Part shown: positions 1 to 11,100 of the stretch, piece after piece | How positions within the stretch are numbered: position 1 is the stretch's first letter | Layout: each line of letters opens with the position of its first letter | Assembly (NCBI RefSeq): GCF_036588685.1 | Contig: NC_086373.1 | Coordinates: forward strand, 88,164,001-88,228,000 | DNA length: 64,000 bases | Source: Mytilus trossulus | Taxonomy: Eukaryota | Direction of reading: 5' to 3' | Translations under genes and position numbers: made by a program | Notes under the pieces: generated by a model | What the model saw: the letters and a program-made list of their open reading frames with translations, nothing else | The model's database searches: none | What the model was told of the DNA's origin: nothing

Positions 1-94
1 CCATTACTGCAACTTACCAGTACAATGTTTAAATAGATATAAGGAGATATAATTTAGCATGTTTATTTTGTGTTTTATTTTATTTATTTTACAG

Positions 95-3000
95 CAAACA
101 GATTATACAAAAGAAGAACTGAAGACTAAGATAGATTTAGGATGCAACTTTTATGTTCAAGCTAAAGTGTAAGGATGTCTTATAGACCAACAATTTTTTG
201 TTTATAGATATAAGAAGATGTGGTATGAGTGGCAATGAGTGACAACTCTCCATCTAAGTCACAATTTGTAAAAGTAAACCCACAGTGTACAAGCGGACAG
301 TGACACAAAACGGAAGTTGCTGATCTGTCTGACGGCGATCGGCTCGTTGTTTTTCAAAAAAATATAGAATATCAACACAAAGTGTCCCATAATGGATTGT
401 TCAGAAGCTCAAGGTAAGTGAATAACTACAATGATGTATTTTTGACCATTTAAAGCTTATTTTATGCTTTTAGCATCAACCGTTTTTTTAAAATAACTCC
501 TGATCATGAAGAGGGGTCAAAATTTTGCGATTTTTCGAGTCATAAATCTTAACAAAACTCCGAAAATTCAAACATTTTCAAGATTTTTAATCGATACATA
601 GTTGAATAATCATATTCCGCATACACACACAAAAGTTTGGTTCATTTTTTTTTATTATATTGTCACAATTGAATCTTTTCTATTCAAAGTGTACTGTCCG
701 CCTCGTTGCCACCGTATGTTTTCATACTGTCCGATTCGTTGGTCATATTCATGATCGATATCTTAAGCAAAAGTAAGATTGAAACATGCAATTTATCCAC
801 ATTTAAACTTTATTCAACACAGATACTGTCTATGATTATATATGGAAAATATTTATAGATTATATATTCAGCTTGGATCTCGTGTCAATTAAAGGGGGAC
901 ATTGGTCACTCTTCCAGAACCTTTACTCATGTCTGCTGCTCGTATTCATCGTTTGCGGACCTTGTTGTTAGATTCTCTACCAATATAATATTCTAATAAA
1001 TGCATGGTGAATTCAGTACACATGTTCCCTATGACATGATCTTTCTAATTTAATGCAAAATTAAGAGTTTTGATCCAATTTTACGGCCTAATGAACATAG
1101 AAAACGATAGTGCGAGTGGGGCATCCGTGTACTATGGTCACATTCTTGTTTAAAAGTTATTTTAAAACAACAGTAGATGATAGTGAGTGATGCAGCGCAC
1201 TTAAGAACATCAATTAAATAATGTTTTGCTTATATTTTCAGATATACATGATGAGTACTAGTAATCCTTATAGTTGTACAACATGCTTGTTTTCTGTGTC
1301 AAACGTTTATAAATATAAAAAAGAAGATTTGGTGTAATTGCCAATGAGACAACTCTAAACAAGAGAACAAATTAAATGACACAGAAATGAACAACTATAG
1401 GTCACCGTACGGCTTTCAACAATGAGCAAAGCCCATACCGCATAGTCAGCTATAAAAGGCCTAGAAATAACTTTTGTTGCATGGTTGTATTTTTCATGAA
1501 AAGTTATTACCCCTATTTATGTTTTTAAGTGATAAAAATAACAATGTTCCACATGAATGTATGAATAAATATACCATAAAAATCACCTACGTGCCCCATT
1601 TTCCTAAAACAAACTAGAGAAACGTATATTAAATTTTCATGTGCATGCATTAACAATGCTTTTTATATGTAATAATCAGTAACATTTTATAAATGTTGAT
1701 ATTTCCTAGGAAATCGGTCATGAATGTGGATAAATTGCATGTTTCAATCTTACTTTTGCTTAAGATATCGATCATGAATATGACCAACGAATTGGACAGT
1801 ATGAAAACATACGGTGGCAACGAGGCGGACAGTACACTTTGAATAGAAAAGATTCAATTGTGACAATATAATAAAAAAAAATGAACCAAACTTTTGTGTG
1901 TGTATGCGGAATATGATTATTCAACTATGTATCGATTAAAAATCTTGAAAATGTTTGAATTTTCGGAGTTTTGTTAAGATTTATGACTCGAAAAATCGCA
2001 AAATTTTGACCCCTCTTCATGATCAGGAGTTATTTTAAAAAGACGGTTGATGCTAAAAGCATAAAATAAGCTTTAAATGGTCAAAAATACATCATTGTAG
2101 TTATTCACTTACCTTGAGCTGCTGAACAATCCATTATGGGACACTTTGTGTTGATATTCTATATTTTTTTGAAAAACAACGAGCCGATCGCCGTCGGACA
2201 GATCAGCAACTTCCGTTTTGTGTCACTGTCCGCTTGTACACTGTGAAACCATTATGGGTCAAAGGATGGTCTTTAAAAGGGAGCCTTGGCTCATTGAAAA
2301 TTATATATAAACGCGAAAAATTGGTACAAAAGGTTGTAGGATAATAAATTACAACATTACCTCCTTCACTTGTTCAAAAACAAACACAAACACAAACCAT
2401 TAAAAAAAATTCTGAAGCAAGCTTCTATTATTATGCATATAGGTAAGCATTCATGTCTTGCAGACACATCAGTCAATTGAAATATGAGCATTGCATGAAT
2501 TCCATGGAGTGTACAATTTTTATCTTGAAGATAACTCACTACCAAGACACATGTCAATTTATTCTTCATTATTTGAATAAATTTAAAAGTTTATCTAATT
2601 TGGATTTAAATGGCTAAAATTCAAATTTACTTATTAATGTATTTATGAAAAAACACATAAAGAAAGCCAATGTACATGTGTAATTGTTAAAAACAAAGAA
2701 TTGTTATTTATTTTGCAGACCTGACACATCAATGATATTTGTTAATATTGGATTTGGGTTTTATGTAGAACTTACCCATGATGAAGCTTTGAAGTTTATT
2801 ACAAAGAAAACAGATAATTTAGATGAAAAAGCCAAGATCCTGACAAAAGATGCCACATCAGTAAAAGCTCACATAAAAGTAGTATTAGAGGTAAAAAAAA
2901 ATCAACTTTCTGTTCTGTTTTCTATATAATGTCAGTACTATCAATCAACTGAACTGTGATTTATAATGGACAGGTGGCTATTTTGTGTTAATAAGCTTTA

Positions 3001-3916
3001 CATTTAGCTGAGTAACCTATTTCTTTTGGTGTCACTCTATTGATCAGATCCTTCAATTTCCCAAATCTAGTTACAAACTCAGGGTTTTTTTTTGGGGGGG
3101 GGGGGGGGGGGGGGGGGGGAGAAAGGCAAAAAAAAAGAGGGAAGGGGATTCTCTCTAAAATGTAACCTGCAAAATCTACCTCTTAGCACAATATCAGTTG
3201 AAATCATATGTGAACATGAAAAAAGGGAAAAAAGCAAATCATTTGATTGATATATTAATATTAACTTTTGAAAATTTTTAAAATACCTTACTTACTTGCA
3301 GGTATATGATCAGCCATATTTTTGTGTGCTTTCCACAGGTCAGGAACCTTTGGTTTGGTGGTTATCATAGGTTCATGTCTGTTGTATTTGTCTTTCATAT
3401 ACTTTTTTTTACACATTCTTCCTGCTGGTGCCTTTTATAGTTTTATAGCTGACTATCAGTATGTTTTTTTTCTTATTCTGGAGGGCTGTAAGGTAGCCCC
3501 TACAACTGCTTACATGCACTTCTTATCAACTCTGATAGATAGTTGTCTCATCTGCAATCATACCAACTTTTTATATAAGTACAAATATCCCCTGTGTGCA
3601 TACTTGTACATGAGGATATCAGCTGAACATGTACCTTTCCATAAATGCAGAGAATTTTTTAATGTCTTACTCAAGTCATATTTGTAGTCTAAAGCAAGAA
3701 ATAATTATTTAATCATTACAATTGCTAACTGTCGAATCAAATTTAAACAAACAGGATCGAATAATAAAATTCAATTACAGTAGATTAAATACACCAGAAA
3801 TTGTTCACATTTTGTTTGTTGCAATAAAGTTTATTTGTTTATTGCAGGGTTTAAGAGAACTACAACAGATACCAAGGGAACCTGAAAAAAAGCCCTATAG
3901 AGATGTGTTATCTTGA
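95..3916 (+). CDS. UXT: UXT (alpha-class prefoldin-like protein), last three coding exons: 95-168, 2719-2890, 3848-3916; 5' exons lie outside the window
   Basis: Phase-compatible AG/GT junctions give [55 protein letters not shown]...KAHIKVVLE-GLRELQQIPREPEKKPYRDVLS*. The [15 protein letters not shown] and LEGLRELQ motifs are characteristic of UXT. Confidence 0.93.
281..2245. mobile_element. Non-autonomous DNA transposon with CACAGTG termini, 523-bp TIRs (281-803 / 1723-2245) and 5-bp TSD AAACC; Transib/RAG-like superfamily candidate
   Basis: Near-perfect inverted repeats (about 4 mismatches seen). AAACC at 276-280 and 2246-2250. Removing the element rejoins a dispersed repeat that is seen uninterrupted at about 11213-11330. 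Confidence 0.88.
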
Positions 3917-4323
3917 AAAAAAAATGGCATAACATTATTAACTTAACAGAAAACTGTCCTGTAATAATGGAAGAGTACTGGACATCTAGAAAATATTGGT
4001 TCTCATCTCCAAGCATTTGACCTATCTTTTATTTTGTAAAGATGCATGTATAATCAGATGTCAAATAAAAAAAATGTGAAATAAATGCATTAATCAATGA
4101 AAGTTTAGCATTCTAAAACTGGCAACAATTATTTACTTAATCAAATCTGATCAAGTCTAATGAGAAGATACAAATCAAGGTAAAACCCCCCAAAAACTTG
4201 GGGAATCCCATAAACTCCAAGGGAAAATGGGTGTGTATAGACTGGTTAAGCATCTTCTGCTATGCATGCAAATACATACTCAGCCAAAATATCACAGTCT
4301 GAAATAAAATAGACTACCATTCT

Positions 4324-4480
4324 AAAATTGAGAATGAAAATGGGGAATGTTTTAAAGAGACAACAGCCCGACCATAGAACAGACAACAGCAGAAGGTCAC
4401 CAACAGGTCTTTAATGCAGCGAGAAATTCCTGCACCCGGAGGTATCCTTCAGCTGGCCTCTAAACAAATATATATACTAG
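4324..4480 (+). repeat. Dispersed repeat family (aaaattgagaatggaaatggggaa...gagacaacaacccgacc); other copies at about 15980-16103 (-), 53228-53400 and 63827-63990
   Basis: Four recognisably similar copies in the window. Confidence 0.8.
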
Positions 4481-5178
4481 TTCTAGTATTTCAAGATCTA
4501 AGACCATTAAATCATACCATTAGTGAGCTGAGATATATACACTTCATATCAGTCTGGCAGACATGTTCATCTGAATAAATCTTTCTGTTCACAAAATAAA
4601 ATTTACGTATTGCTTAAAGTATTTGAAGGACAAAATCTTAGTTTTTTAAAGCAGTCACCTAACCCTAAAAAAAACAAGGTCAAAGAATGAATATACCGGT
4701 ATGCTAAATTGAATCTTTGTAAAATGAGACATCTGTATACAAGGTATTCAATATTAGAACTTTTGCTTTCTGAAATATAAAGTTTTATACAAAAAGCTTA
4801 CAAAAAAGTTTCATACAAATAAGCTTGCAGTGTGTTTTTTGCAAATTGCTGAAGAATTAACAATGACCTATAGTTACATAAACGTAAAATCTTGTTTCTA
4901 CAATACATAAAAAAGAATCAAAATTGACAACGAGAGCATTCTGAACTAAAAGAATCAAACATTTGTTGATATTGATATGATTCATTTAATTTTAAATTCA
5001 AATGAAATCCTTTGTGGTCACCTCAAACAAAACTGTTTTCAAATTTCAGGAAACTTGGTAATGGATTATAAGATCAAACCACCAATAACTACTAACTCTT
5101 GTGTACTGAATGTTTTATTCCTTCACTTTTAAAGTATTATTAAATGAAATTGGACAGTCAACAGTCTACACAATTGTT

Positions 5179-8100
5179 TCAGTCTGCAGAAAATCCTTTG
5201 AGTTTGAGAGATTCCATCCAATCCAAACATTTCACATTTATACTTCCATCTTTAGTGATTGCTTTGATTTGTCCATCTGTGCCAGACAGATAGCCTGAAA
5301 ATACAGTTTACAACTGTACTATCTATTGAAAAATCAATAAATAAAATATTATATGGGCAATTTGTCCTTCCCCCACTTGCATTTAATTGTATATATAGGG
5401 AAATAAATCAAAAACAGTAACACTGATGCCACCCAAATTCATTCCTGTTTGAGTTTTGTCGTAATAAGCATTGCATATTAGTTGTTTATCATTTGGTAGA
5501 GGGTAACTTATGTTAGAGAAAGGAAAAAAACATTCACAATTTTCTCCCTTTTTAAAGGGACATAATTCAAGAAAGGTATGAGTGACATCAAATTCAAACT
5601 TGATCTGTGTTTTCTTGTAATAAACCTTATGTGTTAGTTTCATAACATTTGGTTGAGGCAAACTAAAGTTAGAGAACAGAAACCTTTTTTTGGGACATAC
5701 TGATGTACAAATTTATGGACAGACAAGGGTAAAACTTAATATCTCCTCAGCTACAGAAAGGGCTTAAAAACTTATTATTCAGGTGACACTTGTTATGGTT
5801 GAACTTGTGTAAAATATACAACACAAACAAATATTACTCCTTTTAGACCTTGAAAAATACCAACACTTTAGACATTTTTTGCAGAACACATAAAATTTAT
5901 CTTGTCATTGTCAAAACATTGTTGTACACTAATTATATTATTTTTGAAATTGCATTAAATCTTTAGTTGTAAACATTTTCAATAGAGTAATTAAAAAATA
6001 TTGATATCGTAAATATAAAAATTAACTATGCTTTTATTTATCCTATTCCAAGGTCAAATTTTGTAAGAAACAATGATTTCATTATGAGGGATTTAAATTG
6101 CAAAATGATATATTTCGATTACATAACTCTCTGATAGATTTACCCAATAGTTTAGATTACAAACATTAAAACAGAGATTCCCATAACTGCATACTAAAGT
6201 TACACAGTTAACTTCAACTTATTAAGTAAGGCAAAAAAAACATTTCTAAAACATGTACAAAGTATGCACAAACCTGAAAGTTTTTCTTTATTCTTTAGAG
6301 ATTCTGTCTTCTTCTCCATGATATCAAGTTTTTCATCACAAGTTACACTGTTCCCTTCTAAATCAAGCGAGGTAGAAGTTTCAGGAATTTTAATATTGAT
6401 ATCACCTGCAACATACAATTTACAATGTTATTACTAATTTTCGTCATATTTATAGCGATGCCCAATGTGCCCAGGGCCCCCTTTTTGTGGGAAAAACTTG
6501 GTTGATTATAGAGAGAATCACTAAAGCATACTGGAGCGATGCAATACCCCTCGTAGGAAGCCAGTGGCCCCCTCTTATAAAATTTCTAGATCCACCACTA
6601 CCATTATTCAATCACATACATTTATGCAGTATTGAAACATCTTCTAATAAAGATTCTTTTTACAAGATAAACTAAACAGGGGAGATAATTTTCACTCGGG
6701 TTATTAAACTAACACATCTTGCTTTATCGTTAACAAAAAAAGGTTCAAGTTTTAAATAAGTCATGTGCCCATGTTTACCTGTTTTTGTTTCTATGGTTAT
6801 AACATCTGGTCTAGAAATAAATATGTCTGTTGATCCATTGTTTACTTTAGCCTCTAAACTACCATCAAGTGAATCTAAAAAAATATATCATACTATAGTC
6901 GCCGTCAGCTGAAACTTGTAGCGGTTTTTGGTAAAAATAATCTAAACTATCAATCACATTCACTCGAGATATAGTTTTTCACATTCCATTCATAAATTGC
7001 TACAAGAAAAACCACTACTGACCTACCTTTAAGTGAACGCACTGTTATAATCCTGACCTTCACATTTTCCAGAATGTTTTCCATTGTAATTCCGCTATCT
7101 TTGTTTCTATGAGGATCATTTGTTAACACATGACATTTGTCACTAACGCAGTTTCCTGAAATGTTCTTTTCATTGATGTGATAAGGTTTCTCGCGATTTA
7201 TGCAAATTTTATGAAACTGAACTCCTTGGAAACACTTCTGGTAAAAACAATGGCGGATTCCACCATTCAAAATTGTCTTGGAAAATGTGAAGGTCAGGAT
7301 TATCACAGTGCAATCACTTTTAAAAAAGGTAGGTCAGTAGTGGTTTTTCTTTTGGCGATTTATGAATGGAATGTGAAAAACTATATCTTGAGTGAATGTG
7401 GTTGATAGTTAAGATTATTTTTATGGATAACCGCAACAAATTTTTCAGCTGACGGCGACTATAGTACTGATCATCAAATGTATTCACTTTGTTCTTCTCT
7501 AAATTTAAGAGAGTGTTTTGTTAACTATTAAAGCACAGTCAAAACTTAAAAAAACCATTCTTATTGCAAAAAAGATCTTGTGTCAACACTTTTCCCACAG
7601 GGATCAGGTTCTATTTTCTGTTTTTATCATTTTTTAATCAGCCTATCAAATTAATTCATTCAGATTTTTGAATGCATTTTCAGTAAGAAAAAAACTTAGG
7701 ACCCTGAAACGTGTCTAAAACAGGAAGATGAATTGAGCATTATAAGATCCTTGTAAGATGTGCAATCACAGTTTATTAATTTTTTTCACAGCTCCCCTCA
7801 CTATAATGGAATGTGAATAATGAATTTGGACTAATCTATACATTGTTTTTACATGTACCTATAATAAGATTTCCTTCATTTACAGTTGTCTTTGATACAC
7901 CATGAGTATTCATAAGATTAATGTTACCATGGTTACATGTAAACTCAGAATCAGTACTATAAACAGAAGTTGCACTTATATTTCCTTCCTCAACACTACA
8001 TTTTATAGTCTGTCCTTGTATTCGGTCTGTTGAAATACTCTGAAAACACAACAGAACATTTCATGATATTTGACAACATCTCATTCTTGTATCAATATGC

Positions 8101-11100
8101 ATGTTCATTTTTATATATTGAATCACTATTGTTATAAATGTTTGAAAGTCCTCAAATGAATGCTAATTTGTAAACAACATGTTACTTGATAGTTTTGACT
8201 TCAATAATCATAGCTATAAAATAAATCAATAAACAAACTTATGACATAGCTGCAGCTGCTGCATAAGCTGATTTTTCTAGACTCATAATCATTATTAGAG
8301 ACTTTCAGTGACCACATCCCTCATTGTACATTTTAGTCAAAAGTTTAATGCAAAAGTTTTTGGACAAAATAAGGGAGCCTTATTAAGAAATGATAAATTT
8401 TCAGCATGACTTATCTCCCCTTGGCCATTTGCTAAGAAAACCTTAAAAAAATACTTTCAATGTTAAATAGGATGGTCAATAACAGAATAGAACTAGTATT
8501 TCAAAAACAAAAGATATTTGACCAATGTCACTTAAGATTTATAAATATCAAAATCACGGGCAGAATCAATTTGCGCCAATTGCAGTTTTGAAAAGGTATT
8601 AATTGTGTCACTCTCTTTTATTTTGATGGTATTAATTGCGCCAATAAATGAAATGAAATTGCACCACATTTACCTGTAAATATTTTTACCTATTTCATAA
8701 ACTGTACATGTTTTACCTATATCATAAACTGTACATGTTTTACCTATATCATAAACTGTACATGTTTTACCTATATCATACTTGTACTATAATTAACCTT
8801 TCCACTTTAGATTTAACTGAATACTCATCAAATTTTTGAAAACTCACCAAAAAATAAATTGCTTACTTATAGAATATTTGTATCTATGCATGGCTTTAAG
8901 AATGGACATTATATTCCTTTAATATGTTGTCTGCTGCCATCAAAATCAGAAGCTTGTTCAAGAACAGTATCAACAACTAATGAGTGAGGAAGTAGACAGA
9001 GGTGAATACATGGATGTGTCTATTCTCAGCTTCAGATACTAGCCTTTAATTCAATGATGAACAGAGACATAACTAATGAGTGAGGAAGTAGGCAGAGGTG
9101 AATACATGTATGTGTCTATTCTCAGCTTCAGATACCAGCCTTTAATTCAATGATGAACAGAGACATAACTAATGAGTGAGGAAGTAGGCAGAGGTGAATA
9201 CATGGATGTGTCTATTCTCAGCTTCAGATACCAGCCTTTAATTCAATGATGAACAGAGACATTTTATGGTTTTTTAAAACTATATTTATACAAGTGACTG
9301 TTTTAATTCAGAATAATTTTTGTTATTTTTAAAAACAACTTTAACCCGTTAGTTGGTAAACTGCCCGGATAAAGGAGGCGGGAAGTCAATCATGTAGTTG
9401 TTATATATAAATAAAAATAAATAAAATTTGCGCAATTAGATGATTATTTTATTGGCGCAAATGATACCTATAGTTTTGAAAATTAGGTGGTGCAAAAGAA
9501 GTATTGGCACAATTTAGTTGTGGCACAAATGAGTTACTTTTTAGCACAAAAAGATATCACCCATAATCACAACCTAGCAATAATAATAAACATCTCATTA
9601 TTTCTCTGATTTTGTATTAGATGAAAAAAAAATATATTATAACCAATGATGAGTCATTATTTTAGTTATAAATATAGATGGATGGCTGTTAAACTCCCAG
9701 TGTCAAGTTAAATGCATATCGAGGACTAGAACGAAGTAATGTAATACAAAATTATTAACCCTGCTTTGTACAAGACCTACATGCTGAGTGGGACTTTAAA
9801 TGTGATAGTCAACAAGGTAATAGTTCACAGGAAGACATGTCATCCTAATTTGACACATTATTTTAATAAGAAGCTGACCAGTCTTTGCTCTTAATCCTAA
9901 ATTACATGTTTTTTTTAAGATGATCGCTACTCCCCTATTAAATAACAAGCTTTTTAAAAGACTGTTATAAATTGATAGCATATAAATAAAGAGACTAAAA
10001 CAGCAGAAAAATATGAAAGACTTGAAAAGGAGTAGGTCCCGTAAGACCCCTTTTTGGCCCCAAAATATAGCAGTTTTACAAATTGTTAAAATGTAAACAT
10101 TTAGTTATTTATTTGACAGAAGGATGCTTCTACTACATAAATATGGGCTGTTTTTGACATTACAATGGACATATATTGGGTAGTAGAACCAGTCATGCTA
10201 AATTACTGAAATCTTCACAATTGTAGCATTTTAGTTAAATTTTAAACTGTTTCCGTGTAAAACAAAAGTGGCCGCATTCGTGTTCATCCTTGATATTGAA
10301 ATGTTAGTTGTACTTGATGATAAAACATAACATATATCATTTGTATATAAAGATTCAGGATGAACACGGATGCAGCCACTTTCATTTTTCACAAAAACCA
10401 CCAGAAAAGTGACATTTTTCGACATATTTGGTAGATTTTTCATTTGTAAGCTTGAATCTGATCGTTTTTAAAGACTAAATCAGTTCAATATTTTACATAA
10501 ACTAATTGAATCAAATAAAATAGACACTTAAAAGTGTTTAAAAAGTGGTCAAAATCTTTCGTCAGATGTACCTGAAATTTGAGGCTAAAAATTGGTCCTT
10601 ACCAGACCTACTCCTTTGGCAGGAAATAAATAGTTCTCTCTAGATTTTTCATATATTTAACATTGGCACTTTTTTTTCTCTCAAAAATGATAAAAAAAAT
10701 AACAAGGAATTTATAATATTTTCATAGATAATTTTTTTTAACTATAATAAATGTTTTCAAATTCTGGAAAGAACAGTAGGGGTTAATGGGCAAAATATTT
10801 TAATGACTCAACATGGATAAAACCAGAGGATTCCTAATATCTGGCAAAAAATCTAAGAGAAGAGTAGCGAAGATCCTTAACTGAGACAATCATTTATAAT
10901 TTGTAAATGCTAAAAGCTTACTCCTGCCCCTGTAACAGCCATGTCCAGATTACCCTGTACAACCTTCTGACAAACAATATCACCAACATTACTCTTTACT
11001 GTCACATTTTCACCCTAAAACAGATAATTTGTATTACTAATAAAATCCTGCATACAAAAACAAATATTTATTGATAGTGAAAAAACAACAGACCATACTG

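Larger units (their letters stand above)
8558..9562 (+). mobile_element. Internally deleted Mutator-like (MULE) element with a transposase remnant
   Basis: GGG...CCC ends with subterminal ttgcgccaa/ttggcgcaa motifs. Flanks aaaatcac (8550-8557) and ataatcac (9563-9570) form a probable TSD. About 8883-8958 translates SMHGFKNGHYIPLICCLLPSKSEAC, a MULE transposase-like motif. Confidence 0.65.

Noticed and set aside
3093-3119. Poly-G tract as a functional G-quadruplex
   Set aside because: Intronic homopolymer of unreliable length with no other support.
3322-3687. 121-aa hydrophobic ORF in a UXT intron
   Set aside because: TTG start, AT-rich, overlaps a dispersed repeat also seen near 13400-13540; no domain.
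6950-7405. Two ORFs on opposite strands sharing a peptide
   Set aside because: Artefact of the palindromic MITE.
8975-9262. Tandem C/D-box snoRNAs (ATGATGA in each 96-bp unit)
   Set aside because: The motif is antisense to the host gene, has no properly placed D box or terminal stem, and lies in a transposon remnant.
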